From the NCBI GenBank assembly GCA_965116605.1, contig OZ220697.1:1852766-1916765 (forward strand): a DNA stretch of 64,000 bases, given 5' to 3'. The notes under the pieces are model-generated. The model did no database searches, was not told the DNA's origin, and saw only the letters and a list, made by a program, of their open reading frames with translations. The position numbers were made by a program, and so were the translations under genes. The stretch is from Dehalococcoidia bacterium. GTDB taxonomy: Bacteria; Chloroflexota; Dehalococcoidia; Lucifugimonadales; UBA2962. Positions 20,492 through 30,485 of the stretch are shown here, one piece after another; within the stretch, counting starts at the first letter, position 1; each line of letters begins with the position of its first letter.

Positions 20492-21454
20492 ATGAGTGCC
20501 AATCAGGAAACGTTTGACGTAGTCATCGGGGGACAGGGTGCGGCGGCCTTCTCAGCCGGAATGTATGCGGCCCGTTACCAGATAAGGCCCCTGATAGTCG
20601 GATCTCAGTTCGGGGGGGAGACGGCCACCGGTGGCCTGATCGAAAACTACCCCGGGTACCCCGAGATAGACGGCTTCGAACTGATGCTCAAGTTCCGTGA
20701 GCATGTCGAAAAGTACGGGGTTCCCATCGTTGACGACAAGCTCGTCGAGGCGAGAAGGACCTCCGACGGCTTCGAGGTCCTGGGCGAATCGGGAGTTTCG
20801 TACAGGGGAAGGTCGCTGATCCTGGCGATCGGTCGCGAGCGGCGCTCCCTTTGGCTTGAGCACGAGGCGGAATGGACCGGGCGGGGCGTCTCCTACTGCT
20901 CGACCTGTGATGCGCCACTTCACCGGGGCAATACCGTCGCCGTCGTAGGGGGCGGGGATTCCGCCGTTAAGGGCGCGGTACTGATCAGCAAGTACGCCGA
21001 GAAGGTCTTCATCATCTACCGCCGCGACCGTTTCACCCGTCCGGAAGCAGTCAACCTCAGCCAGCTAGACGAGGCCGATAACGTAGAGCGGGTCTTTGAG
21101 ACCAATGTCGTGGAGCTGATCGGCAGCGACGAGACCGGCCTTCAGGCCATTCGGCTCGACCGGCCCCACCACGGAAGCGACGTCCTCGAGGTGGACGGCC
21201 TGTTCATCGAGATCGGCGCGGACCCCCGCAAGGACCTTGCGGTCCAGCTGGGCGCCAGCATCAATGACCTGGACGAGGTCATTGTCGACAAGTACATGCA
21301 GACCAACGTGCCCGGGCTGCTCGCGGCCGGCGACCTGACCGACGCTTCGGGCGACCTCAAGCAGACCATAACCGCCGCCGCACAGGGCTCGCTTGCGGCA
21401 ACGGCCGCTTACGAGTATGTCTCGCGGCTAAAGGCGGCCGCGCTAACCACCTAG
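20492..21454 (+). CDS. trxB: Thioredoxin-disulfide-reductase-like FAD/NAD(P) oxidoreductase
   Basis: FDVVIGGQGAAAFSAGMYAAR, redox motif CSTCD (canonical TrxB has CATCD), VVGGGDSAV, and C-terminal AAGD...Q..TAAAQG. Confidence 0.75.
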   Translation: MSANQETFDVVIGGQGAAAFSAGMYAARYQIRPLIVGSQFGGETATGGLIENYPGYPEIDGFELMLKFREHVEKYGVPIVDDKLVEARRTSDGFEVLGESGVSYRGRSLILAIGRERRSLWLEHEAEWTGRGVSYCSTCDAPLHRGNTVAVVGGGDSAVKGAVLISKYAEKVFIIYRRDRFTRPEAVNLSQLDEADNVERVFETNVVELIGSDETGLQAIRLDRPHHGSDVLEVDGLFIEIGADPRKDLAVQLGASINDLDEVIVDKYMQTNVPGLLAAGDLTDASGDLKQTITAAAQGSLAATAAYEYVSRLKAAALTT

Positions 21455-21516
21455 CCCAACCCGGTCGCTGTGGGAGCCCGGGTTCATCGGGCGGGCCGAC
21501 GGGCTCAGCCCGCCGA

Positions 21517-22629
21517 TCAGTTGTGGCAGCCCCGGCCCGGTATCGAGATAACCTGCTCTACGACGCCGTCTCGCACGGCGATGTAGTTGTCGTAACGGTT
21601 GACGGTCAGGTCCTGCTGGGGGCTTCTGAGCTGGAACTGGTCTCCTACACCGAGGGGCATTTCGCCGTCTGAAACGAGGGTGCAAAGCTCATCGTGCATC
21701 TCCCCGAACGTTACGCCCTGGGGACCGCCCTCGATGGCAGGGGCGCCCCGGCCGATCATGCATCCCATCGCCCGCATCCCGACATCCCCTATCGCAACTC
21801 CGGGCCTGGGGGTGCTAACCACCGTTCCCAGCACCTTGGCGGCGTAGCGGAAGTGGCCCTCCATGTAGGGCAGGATCGTGCTCATGAGGGCGTACATGCC
21901 TCCCTCAACGTCGGTGATGCCAGGCACCTCCGGGGCCATGTCGTACGAGTACGTCTCTCCCGATGAGACCATCTCCACATCTATGCCCTCCGCCCTGATG
22001 GCATCGGCCAGATCCATCGTCTGCCTGTAGTACTTGAGGGCCTCGGATCGGCGCTCATTCTCGTCCCTGGGAGGGGTTCGCATGGCCGAGTGGCTCATCA
22101 CGCCCCTGAATTGAACGCCGGGGAGACCGCTCGCCACCTTGGCCAGGTGGACTCCGGCCTCCACGCTGCGAACCCCGGCCCGGCCCATATTGGTGTCCAC
22201 CTCGATCGCCACTCCCACCGTGGCGTTCTCCCCGGCGGCCACCCGGGAGATGTCACGAAGGTTCTCCTCCGAGTCGATGCAGATCGTTACCTGCGCCCGC
22301 TTGCACAGCGCGGCGACCCGCCTGATCTTGTCGGCGGTCACGATCTGATTGGGTATCAGCACGTCGCCAATGCCGCCCTCCACCATCACCTCGGCCTCTG
22401 CGACTTTGGCGGAGCACACGCCCCCCATCGACCCGCCGATCCGCATCTGCATGTGTGCGACGAGCGGGCTCTTTACGTTCTTGGTGTGTTCCCTGAGCTT
22501 TACGTCCGTGTCACGGTAGACGTCGGCTATGCGCCGAAAGTTGTGCTCGAGGGCCTCCAGGTCCAGGAGCAGGCACGGCGTGTCGAGATCGTCTATGCGG
22601 GTGCCGATCGGTGGTCTGTAAAGGTCCAC
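21517..22629 (-). CDS. D-TA family / alanine-racemase-N-domain PLP enzyme (D-threonine aldolase or D-serine dehydratase-like), paralog 1
   Basis: DTPCLLLDLEALEHN, a PLP-Lys region (REHTKNVKSP), and a C-terminal beta-barrel with DHxC...GD. Confidence 0.7.
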   Translation of the reverse strand: MDLYRPPIGTRIDDLDTPCLLLDLEALEHNFRRIADVYRDTDVKLREHTKNVKSPLVAHMQMRIGGSMGGVCSAKVAEAEVMVEGGIGDVLIPNQIVTADKIRRVAALCKRAQVTICIDSEENLRDISRVAAGENATVGVAIEVDTNMGRAGVRSVEAGVHLAKVASGLPGVQFRGVMSHSAMRTPPRDENERRSEALKYYRQTMDLADAIRAEGIDVEMVSSGETYSYDMAPEVPGITDVEGGMYALMSTILPYMEGHFRYAAKVLGTVVSTPRPGVAIGDVGMRAMGCMIGRGAPAIEGGPQGVTFGEMHDELCTLVSDGEMPLGVGDQFQLRSPQQDLTVNRYDNYIAVRDGVVEQVISIPGRGCHN

Positions 22630-22646
22630 GTTGCCTCCTGTTGCCC

Positions 22647-23735
22647 CTAGCGGTACCTGCCGCGGGCGGCGACCTCGAAAATCCCCTCGAGGCGGCCGTT
22701 CCTCGCGGCCATGATGTAGTCGAAGTGGTTGGCGGTCACCCCTATCTCGTATGGCACGAACCAGACCTTGTCGCCGATCCCGACCTCCGCGGTCGAGTCG
22801 GTCAGGTCAAGGTTAAAGTGCTCGGCGCTCAGGTAGGTCACCGTGGCCCCAGGCACGTTAGCGGGCCTGGGCAGCCCCGTGTCGTTGCCATTGGTCTTCA
22901 TGCCGGCGTCACCCACCGCCACACCCTCCACCGGGGTACTGACAACCGTCCCCAGCACCATCGCCGCCGGCTCGATGTCCCCCCGGATCCCCTCGTACTT
23001 AACGTCGCCCAGCGCATATGTCCCGGCAACGACCTCGGTGACGCCTTCCGCCCGCCCCGCGGCCTCGTAGTCCGCCGTCGATCCGACGGCAACCGTTGCG
23101 GTCGAAAGACCCGCAACCGCCAACGCCTCGCGCGCCTCGTGGACCCGCTCAAGGGCGGCTGCGCCGTCTTTGCCCGCCGGGCTCGGACCCCCGTAGGACG
23201 TTAGTCCCTTCAGCTGCACTCCGGGCAGCTCGGATATCCCCTTGGCCAGGCCGACGGCGGCGTCACTCGACGCCACACCGGTCAAGCCCAGCCCGGTATC
23301 GAGTTCTACCAGGAGGCCGACCTCGACGCCCCTCGCGGCGGCGGCCGTGGAGATTTCGGCAACGTTGTCCTCGCTGTCGACCGCGATCGATACGGTCGCG
23401 CGGCCGGCCAGCGCACACAGCGCTGCGATCTTTGCTGCAGTCACCGCCTTGCCGGTGATCATCACATCCCATACGCCGGCATCCACGAAGGCCTCGGCCT
23501 GACCCACCGTGCCCACGGCCACTCCACCGGCATGTCCTTCTACCGCGAGCTGGTGGTGGGCCAGGGTGGGACACCTGTGGGTGCCGACGAACGGGCGGAC
23601 CTTGGCCCTGCGGCCCTCGAAAAAGGAGTGCACCGCCTCGACATTGGCCTGGAACCTGTCCAGATCGACGACGAGAGCGGGCGTGTCGAGTTCTTCCACT
23701 GGGGTGCCGATGGGCTTGAGTATGGGACGTTCCAT
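22647..23735 (-). CDS. D-TA family / alanine-racemase-N-domain PLP enzyme, paralog 2
   Basis: DTPALVVDLDRFQAN and the same architecture and length as the adjacent gene. Confidence 0.7.
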   Translation of the reverse strand: MERPILKPIGTPVEELDTPALVVDLDRFQANVEAVHSFFEGRRAKVRPFVGTHRCPTLAHHQLAVEGHAGGVAVGTVGQAEAFVDAGVWDVMITGKAVTAAKIAALCALAGRATVSIAVDSEDNVAEISTAAAARGVEVGLLVELDTGLGLTGVASSDAAVGLAKGISELPGVQLKGLTSYGGPSPAGKDGAAALERVHEAREALAVAGLSTATVAVGSTADYEAAGRAEGVTEVVAGTYALGDVKYEGIRGDIEPAAMVLGTVVSTPVEGVAVGDAGMKTNGNDTGLPRPANVPGATVTYLSAEHFNLDLTDSTAEVGIGDKVWFVPYEIGVTANHFDYIMAARNGRLEGIFEVAARGRYR

Positions 23736-23779
23736 GCCTGTCTCCGTCGGGTTTCACGGAGATTAACATACGGGCCACC

Positions 23780-24448
23780 GTGGTACCATCGTGCCCTATG
23801 GGACGCGAAGGACGGTCCATCTTTCCAGGCAGGCAGGCCCCCGGAAAGGGAGACCTTTCGGAAGGCGATTACGTTGCTGCCGTAGAGGCCGGTCTTGTCG
23901 ACCGCAAGCGGGTCCTGGCGTCCCTGGATTTGCGCCGGGGGATCCAGAGCAACGGGAGCGTGGGCCCGGAATCCCTGGTGCTGACCGAGTCCCACATAAT
24001 CCACGTCTCGGTGGACACCCGGCAGAGGAGTGCCTCGATGGTGTCCGTGAGGGACGTGTCGGTGGCAAGGGTCGAGTCGGAGCGGCGCGGGCCCGGCGAG
24101 TACGTATGGGGGGCGCTGGCGGTCGTCCTGGGGTTCCTGCTCTGGCGCGTGATCGAGCACCCCGTCGCCTCCATCGCGGTCGGCATCGCAGTCGCCGCCA
24201 TGGGGGTTTACCTGATTGCGGACAAGATGTTTAGGCCCGCCACCGGCGTAGTGGTCCTGCTATCGGAAGACAGCCAGCAGCTTCGATATGACCTGCGAGG
24301 CGGCAGGGCAACGGCGGACGTTTACGAGTTCATATCCCGAATCTACGAACGCAAGGCCGAGATCACCAGCTCCGGCCAGTTCCCCGCCGGGTCCAGGCGC
24401 AGGGGCGAGGGCCGGGGCAGGTACTCCAACAGGGTCACACGCTCCTGA
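23780..24448 (+). CDS. Hypothetical membrane protein: a PH-like beta region interrupted by two TM helices; start uncertain
   Basis: LVLTESHIIHVSV...VSVRDVSVARVE, then two hydrophobic helices (WGALAVVLGFLLW, ASIAVGIAVAAMGVYLI), then VVVLLSEDSQQLRYDL...VYEFISRIYERK. Confidence 0.45.
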   Translation: MVPSCPMGREGRSIFPGRQAPGKGDLSEGDYVAAVEAGLVDRKRVLASLDLRRGIQSNGSVGPESLVLTESHIIHVSVDTRQRSASMVSVRDVSVARVESERRGPGEYVWGALAVVLGFLLWRVIEHPVASIAVGIAVAAMGVYLIADKMFRPATGVVVLLSEDSQQLRYDLRGGRATADVYEFISRIYERKAEITSSGQFPAGSRRRGEGRGRYSNRVTRS

Positions 24449-25502
24449 CGCGCGAGGCTCCCACGGCGAGACCGGGGATGACGTCCATGTCCCATTCCTG
24501 GATTTTGGCCCCATCCTGCCTCTCGCCTTCCGTGGAGTAGAAGGCCGCCGCCGCGATCATCGCCCCGTTGTCCGTGCAAAGTGACGGTCGCGGCATCAGC
24601 ACGGGCAGGCTTGCTCGCGAGGTCATTTCCTTCCTCAGCGCCGCGTTAGCGGCAACCCCTCCGCACACTATGATCCCCCTTGCTCCGAACTCGTCGGCGG
24701 CGGCGATGGTGCGATCTACCAGCGAGTCGACCACAGCCTCCTGAAAGGCGGCCGCGATCTCCCGCACGATGCTCTCGCGCTCCGATGTGATGCTCTCGGG
24801 GTCTCCGTCGACGACGCCGCGCTTTCTGGCGCGGTGCAGGACCGCCGTCTTGAGCCCGCTGTAGCTAAAGTCGCGGGAGCCCTTCAGCCTCGGACGCGTA
24901 AAGGGCTCTTCGGTGCCCTGAGCCTGAGCAGCAACCGCCTGTATGGCCGGTCCCCCCGGATATCCCAGTCCCAGCAGCCTCGCCGCCTTGTCGAAGGCCT
25001 CTCCGGCCGCATCGTCACGTGTTCGCCCGACCAGCTCAAAGCGCCCGTGGCCGGACATCAGAGCCAGATCCGTGTGGCCTCCGGAGACGATCAGGCACAT
25101 CAGGGGAAATCCGGGATCGGCGGCGGGATCGCGTTCCTCCAGCCAGGTGGCATAGACGTGCCCCTCCAGGTGGTTCATTCCCCACAGGGGGAGGTCGGCA
25201 GCGAGGGCCAGCCCCTTTGCCGCGTTGACCCCGACCAGCAGGGATCCCGCAAGCCCGGGCCCGCATGTCACCCCGATTCCGTCGACGTTCCCCAGCTCCA
25301 CCCCCGCATCCTCGAGCGCCTTTCTCACGACCCCCGTGATGGCGATTATGTGCTGACGGGAGGCGACCTCCGGGACGATTCCACCGAAACGGGCATGCAG
25401 TTCGACCTGGGAGGCAACCACGTTGGAGCGGACAATCCTCCCGGATTCCACGACGGCCACCGCCGTCTCGTCACACGAAGTCTCTATACCCAGGATCTTC
25501 AT
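24435..25502 (-). CDS. tsaD: tRNA N6-adenosine threonylcarbamoyltransferase
   Basis: MKILGIETSCDETAVAVV, HLEGH, and GVAAN. The ATG at 25502 is preceded by GGGGAAGGA. Confidence 0.9.
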   Translation of the reverse strand: MKILGIETSCDETAVAVVESGRIVRSNVVASQVELHARFGGIVPEVASRQHIIAITGVVRKALEDAGVELGNVDGIGVTCGPGLAGSLLVGVNAAKGLALAADLPLWGMNHLEGHVYATWLEERDPAADPGFPLMCLIVSGGHTDLALMSGHGRFELVGRTRDDAAGEAFDKAARLLGLGYPGGPAIQAVAAQAQGTEEPFTRPRLKGSRDFSYSGLKTAVLHRARKRGVVDGDPESITSERESIVREIAAAFQEAVVDSLVDRTIAAADEFGARGIIVCGGVAANAALRKEMTSRASLPVLMPRPSLCTDNGAMIAAAAFYSTEGERQDGAKIQEWDMDVIPGLAVGASRVRSV

Positions 25503-25636
25503 CGGTCCTTCCCCGTGCCTTCTCCGGCTTCGCATCCCTGCCCGGCCGCTCCTAGCCTTGCACTACCCAATCCTATATCCTCCGCCCGGCTCGCCATGCG
25601 CCCGCCGGCGGATAACATACCCGAAGGGACTGAAGA

Positions 25637-26563
25637 TTGAAGATCTCCATATTCATCGGATCGGGTTCCCCGACACCGGGCCTCGAGGGACTCATCGAGA
25701 CCTCGGTGCGAGCCGAATCGGACGGTTTCGACGGGGCGTGGTACGCACAGCTTTTCATGGAAGACGCCCTGACCGCCATAAGTGTTGTGGGCGGAAGGAC
25801 CAACCGAATCGAACTGGGGACAGCGGTTGTGCCGAGCTTTACCAGGCATCCGTGGACCATGGCCCAGCAGGCCCTGACGACCCAGGTTGCAACGGGCGGG
25901 CGGCTTGCCCTCGGTATCGGCCCGTCCCACAGGGTGACGATCGAGGGTAATTTCGGGCTGCGGTTTGAACGAATCGCCGAGCACACCGAGGAGTACGTCT
26001 CGGTCGTGCGACAGCTCGTCGACAACGGTTCGGCGGAATTTGTCGGCAAGCACTATCGGGTGCGTGGCGAGCTGGAGGTTGCCGGAGCAGCCCGTTTTCC
26101 GATCCTGATCTCGGCGCTGGGTCCCAGGATGCTCGACGTGGCCGGCAGGCTGGCGGACGGCACCGTGACCTGGATGGTCGGCAGGAGGGCCCTGGAGCGC
26201 CACATAGTCGCGCGAATCCACTCCGCGGCCGAGGGATACGGAAGGCCGGCTCCCAGGATCTGCGTCGGCGTTCCGATAGCCGTCACCGACGACAGGGAAA
26301 AGGCGATCGAGCAGGCCGGCAGGCGGTTCGCCGGATTTTCGCGGCTGCCGAGTTACCGAAAAATGCTCGACATCGAGGGGGCAGACGGCCCCGCCGACGT
26401 GGCGGTGGTCGGCAACGAGGCCGAGGTGGAGCGCCAGCTGCGCGAGTACGCCGAGGCCGGAGCCACCGACATTCTCGCAATGATCTTCCCCGTAGGGCGC
26501 AGCCACGAGGCGTCCCGTGAGCGTACATGGTCCCTGCTCAGGTCCCTCATCGGACGCATCTAG
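25637..26563 (+). CDS. Luciferase-like monooxygenase (LLM) family oxidoreductase, probably F420-dependent
   Basis: MKISIF...ESDGFDGAWYAQ...IELGTAVVPSFTRHP...LALGIGPSH. Confidence 0.75.
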   Translation: MKISIFIGSGSPTPGLEGLIETSVRAESDGFDGAWYAQLFMEDALTAISVVGGRTNRIELGTAVVPSFTRHPWTMAQQALTTQVATGGRLALGIGPSHRVTIEGNFGLRFERIAEHTEEYVSVVRQLVDNGSAEFVGKHYRVRGELEVAGAARFPILISALGPRMLDVAGRLADGTVTWMVGRRALERHIVARIHSAAEGYGRPAPRICVGVPIAVTDDREKAIEQAGRRFAGFSRLPSYRKMLDIEGADGPADVAVVGNEAEVERQLREYAEAGATDILAMIFPVGRSHEASRERTWSLLRSLIGRI

Positions 26564-26658
26564 CCGGCTGGTCTCCGGGCCGATTTCACAAGGGTTAGGC
26601 GGTGCGATTTCCGGAGCAGGCGCCTAGCCGAGCCGGAGTCCGCTTGACGGGGCCCGGG

Positions 26659-27321
26659 CTATCGGACAGCCGACCTGATGGCGCCGATCCCTGCCGCTAC
26701 GCCCGACGGGTGATTGAACACGGCAGATCCTGCAACCATCACAGTTGCGCCGGCCCTGCAGATATCAGGCGCGTTCGACGCCGATATCCCTCCGTCCACC
26801 TCCAGCTCGGCCCGTGATCCAGCCTCGTCCAGTTCACGCCTTGCACGCCTTATCTTGTCGAGCGAACCGGCTATGAACTCCTGGCCCCCGAAGCCGGGGT
26901 TGACGCTCATGACGAGCAGCAGATCGACGTCGGAAACCAGCTCCGCCACGGCCGAGAACGGCGTGGCTGGATTGAGCGCAACACCCGCCCTGGCACCGAG
27001 ATCCTTTATCTGGGCGACCGTTCGGTGAAGGTGCACCACCGCCTCGGCATGGACAGTGACGTAGTCCGCTCCCGCGTCGACGAGAGCGGGAACGAGCGAT
27101 CCTGGATCCTGCGCCATCACGTGGACGTCGAACGGGATGTCGGTAAAGGACCTGAGGGCCTCTATCACAGGCGGTCCGAACGTCAGGTTGGGAACGAAAC
27201 GTCCATCCATCACGTCAAGGTGGATCCAGTCGGCCCCTCCACGGGCCGCCTCGGCGACCTGCTCTCCCAGCCGGCCGAAGTCGGCCGACAGGACCGAAGG
27301 GGCGACCTTGACCGCCGTCAC
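26659..27321 (-). CDS. rpe: Ribulose-phosphate 3-epimerase
   Basis: APSVLSADF, HLDVMDGRFVPN, MSVNPGFGGQEF, and VDGGI. Confidence 0.92.
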   Translation of the reverse strand: MTAVKVAPSVLSADFGRLGEQVAEAARGGADWIHLDVMDGRFVPNLTFGPPVIEALRSFTDIPFDVHVMAQDPGSLVPALVDAGADYVTVHAEAVVHLHRTVAQIKDLGARAGVALNPATPFSAVAELVSDVDLLLVMSVNPGFGGQEFIAGSLDKIRRARRELDEAGSRAELEVDGGISASNAPDICRAGATVMVAGSAVFNHPSGVAAGIGAIRSAVR

Positions 27322-28757
27322 GAATCTCGACCCGCAGGGCCCATCGACCTGAACCTGCGAAGGTAGGCATCAATCTCCCCGGAAAGCCTGCCGCCAACGG
27401 CTGAGGTTGACTCCTCCACTCCTGCTTCAATGGACGTGCGTGCGGCCACTATGGCCCCCTCCACCTGGGGCCGAGCGGTGCCCCCCTCGACCCTGCGGTC
27501 ATTTATGGACGAGTCGGCATCGAGACCGAGCACATCCTCTTCGAACAGGTCGGAGTAGCCCTTGAGTTCCTCGAGGGTCAGATCCTTGATGGACCGGCCA
27601 GAAGAGGCGGCGTCGCTGGCCATTGCGGCCATTATTCCGTGCGCCTGCCTGAAAGGCATCCGCTTTCCTACCAGGTAATCTGCAAAGTCCGTCGCGAGCA
27701 GACTCCCCGTCTCCGCCGCGGCCCTCATGGCTCCGCGGTCGACCGTCATCGTTGCGACCATCTCGGCGGACACCTCGAGACAGGCCAGCAGCGTGTCGAC
27801 GCTGTCGAACAGTCCCTCCTTGTCCTCCTGGAGATCGCGGTTGTAGGTCAGGGGTAGCCCCTTGAGGGTGGTGAGTAGCGCCATCAAATTGCCGTATACC
27901 CTGCCCGTCCGCCCGCGGGTCAGCTCGGCATAGTCGGGGTTGCGTTTCTGCGGCATCATGCTGCTGCCCGTAGTGTGGGCATCGGCCAGCCGCACGAAGC
28001 CGAACTCCTCCGATGACCAGAGGATTAGCTCCTCGCTGAGGCGTGACAGGTGCATCATGCAGGTTGCGGATGCGGCCAGAACGTCGACGACAAAGTCCCT
28101 GTCCGACACGGCGTCCATGCTGTTGGCGGAGATCCGGCTGAAGCCGAGCTCGCTCGCCACCGAGCGCCGATCGAGCGGGTAAGGGGACCCCCCTATCGCA
28201 CCGCTGCCCAGCGGCATCGAGTCCGCCATTTCGGCCGCCTGCCCAAACCGCTGGACATCCCTGCCCAGCATCTCAAAGTAGGCGAGCAGGTGGTGGGCGA
28301 GGAGTACGGGCTGGCCTCGCTGAAGGTGCGTGTAACCCGGGAGAACCACGTCGACATTCGCCTCTGCCGCGTCCACGATGATCTCCCTGAACCCGTGAAG
28401 GCCGCCGAGTATTCTGGCGATCGCCTGCCGAGCGTACATCCGCATGTCCAGGGCGATCTGGTCGTTGCGAGATCTGGCGGTGTGCAGCTTGCCGGCGGCC
28501 GACCCGATCTTCTCTGCCAGCCGGCTCTCGATATTCATGTGAAGATCCTCGAGCCCGGGCTTCCAGGGGAATTCGCCCGACGAGATCTCCTCCCTTATCT
28601 GCATCAACCCGTCCACGATCTGCCCCATTTCCTCCTCATCGATGATGCCCTGCCGGGCCAGCATTCGGACGTGCGCCATCGACCCGGCGATATCGTGCTC
28701 GTAGAGCCGCCGGTCGTAGTGGATCGACACCGTAAAGTCGGACGGTCCCTCTACCAT
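27318..28757 (-). CDS. argH: Argininosuccinate lyase (short N-terminus)
   Basis: DIAGSMAHVRMLARQGII, TARSRNDQ, GYTHLQRGQP, and GSSMMPQKRNP. The track ORF extension to 28952 overlaps the MaoC gene, so I use the ATG at 28757. Confidence 0.85.
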   Translation of the reverse strand: MVEGPSDFTVSIHYDRRLYEHDIAGSMAHVRMLARQGIIDEEEMGQIVDGLMQIREEISSGEFPWKPGLEDLHMNIESRLAEKIGSAAGKLHTARSRNDQIALDMRMYARQAIARILGGLHGFREIIVDAAEANVDVVLPGYTHLQRGQPVLLAHHLLAYFEMLGRDVQRFGQAAEMADSMPLGSGAIGGSPYPLDRRSVASELGFSRISANSMDAVSDRDFVVDVLAASATCMMHLSRLSEELILWSSEEFGFVRLADAHTTGSSMMPQKRNPDYAELTRGRTGRVYGNLMALLTTLKGLPLTYNRDLQEDKEGLFDSVDTLLACLEVSAEMVATMTVDRGAMRAAAETGSLLATDFADYLVGKRMPFRQAHGIMAAMASDAASSGRSIKDLTLEELKGYSDLFEEDVLGLDADSSINDRRVEGGTARPQVEGAIVAARTSIEAGVEESTSAVGGRLSGEIDAYLRRFRSMGPAGRDS

Positions 28758-28770
28758 GGCTGGCCGGACC

Positions 28771-29256
28771 TCACCCCGCGTCCTGCCTGGCGGGTACCAG
28801 GAACTTGCGCCTGAGGGTGAGCACGGTCTCGCCCCGCTGGTTAATCCCGCGCGACTCCATGTAGACGATGCCCCTGTCCGCCCGGCTTGTGAGCGTCGTC
28901 TCAAGGATCCTGCTCTCGGCGTATATCGTGTCCCCGATGAACACGGGGGCATCGTGCCTGACCGACTCGTACTCGAGGTTTGCCACGGCCCTTCCCGACG
29001 TATCGGGCACGCTCATGCCGACAACCAGGCTCATCACCAGTGGTCCGACGACCAGGATTCGCCCGTGCTGGTGCTCCGACATGTAGTTCTCATCGATGTG
29101 CAGCGGGTTGGTGTTCATCGTCAGCAGCGAGAACATGTGGTTGTCGGCCTCGGTAATGGTCTTGCCGGGCCAATGGCGGTAGACGTCGCCCGGGGAGAAA
29201 TCCTCGAAGTACCCGCCGAACGAGTCCCTCCCGTCCATGATCTTTCCCGCGCTCAC
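28771..29256 (-). CDS. MaoC-like (R)-specific enoyl-CoA hydratase / hot-dog fold dehydratase
   Basis: 161 aa. It has ITEADNHMFSLLTMNTNPLHID and a hot-dog fold pattern. Confidence 0.75.
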   Translation of the reverse strand: MSAGKIMDGRDSFGGYFEDFSPGDVYRHWPGKTITEADNHMFSLLTMNTNPLHIDENYMSEHQHGRILVVGPLVMSLVVGMSVPDTSGRAVANLEYESVRHDAPVFIGDTIYAESRILETTLTSRADRGIVYMESRGINQRGETVLTLRRKFLVPARQDAG

Positions 29257-29317
29257 GGCTCCGGCCTCGCTTCCGGCGGCCGAACGGGGACCCGGCTGAG
29301 GCCAATTCGAAGGGAAT

Positions 29318-30478
29318 TCATAACTTATACCTGTCCAGTAAACGTCGGGCGATGAGCAGCCTGAGCACCTCGTTGGTGCCCTCTCCCAGGATCATGAGGG
29401 GGGCGTCCCGGTAGTACCTTTCGATCGGCAGGTCCTTGATGTAGCCGTAGCCGCCATGGATCCGCATAGCGTCCATGGTCACCTGCGAGCAGATCTCGCT
29501 GGAATAGTACTTGGCCATCCCGGACTCAAGGTCCGCCCGCTCGCCGCGGTCCTTCTTCTCCGCCGCGCTGTGGGTGAGGAGTCTGGCGGCCTGTATCTTC
29601 GTTCCCATGTCCGCGAGCGCAAGCTGGATGGCCTGATGCTCGGATATCGGCTTTCCAAATGTCTCGCGCTGTCGGCTGTAGCGGGCGGCGGCGTCAAACG
29701 CCGCCTGTGCAACCCCCACGGCGCGGGCCGCCACGTTGATCCTTCCACTCTCGAGGGCCGACATGACCTGCCCGAAGCCCTTGCCTTCTGTGCCTCCTAC
29801 CAAATTGGCGGCGGGCACCCGGGCTCGGTCGAAAATGAGCTCGCAGGTGTCGACGCCCCTGTAACCGAGCTTGTCGAGCTTGCGACCGACCGAAAAGCCC
29901 CGGGTCGGCTTTTCCACGATCAGGCAGCTCATGCCCCGGTACGGGGGATCGGCGGAAGGGTCGGTTTTGGCCAGTACCGCAAATCCACCTCCGTGTTGAC
30001 CGTTCGTGATGAACATCTTGGAGCCGGTGACGATATAGTCATCGCCGTCGCGCTTCGCTATCGTCTGCAGCGCCTGCACGTCTGAGCCGCCGCCCGGCTC
30101 GGTCAGCGCCAACCCGCCCCGCAGCTCGCCGGCGGCCATCGCGGGCAGCCACCGAGCCTTCTGCTCGCCGGTGCCGTAATCGGCGATGACCTGAGCCATT
30201 ACGTGGTGCGTGCCAATGGGGCCGGTCAGACTCATCCAGGCCTTGGCCAACTCCTCGAATATGATGGCGAAGGTCGTGTGATCCAGGCCCATGCCGCCGT
30301 AGCGCTCGGGAATGGTGATGCCGAACAGTCCGAGCGCCGCCATGCGGTCGACCAGCTCGGCGGGATACTCGTCGTCGGGCTCAAGCCGTGCCGCCACCTG
30401 CTCGACCTCGCGCCTGGCGAAGTCACGCACAAGCGCAACGATCTGGGCCCTGGTATCCACCGATGCGGCCGCCTTCAC
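29318..30478 (-). CDS. Acyl-CoA dehydrogenase
   Basis: ALTEPGGGSD, FITNG, C-terminal IHGGYGY..D.PIERYYRDA....ILGEGTNE. The GTG at 30478 is preceded by AAGGAGG. The track ORF extension overlaps argG. Confidence 0.85.
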   Translation of the reverse strand: MKAAASVDTRAQIVALVRDFARREVEQVAARLEPDDEYPAELVDRMAALGLFGITIPERYGGMGLDHTTFAIIFEELAKAWMSLTGPIGTHHVMAQVIADYGTGEQKARWLPAMAAGELRGGLALTEPGGGSDVQALQTIAKRDGDDYIVTGSKMFITNGQHGGGFAVLAKTDPSADPPYRGMSCLIVEKPTRGFSVGRKLDKLGYRGVDTCELIFDRARVPAANLVGGTEGKGFGQVMSALESGRINVAARAVGVAQAAFDAAARYSRQRETFGKPISEHQAIQLALADMGTKIQAARLLTHSAAEKKDRGERADLESGMAKYYSSEICSQVTMDAMRIHGGYGYIKDLPIERYYRDAPLMILGEGTNEVLRLLIARRLLDRYKL

Positions 30479-30485
30479 CGGATTG

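Noticed and set aside
28757-28952. A longer ArgH starting at 28952
   Set aside because: The extension overlaps the whole 3' end of the MaoC gene in another frame and shows no ArgH N-terminal motif.
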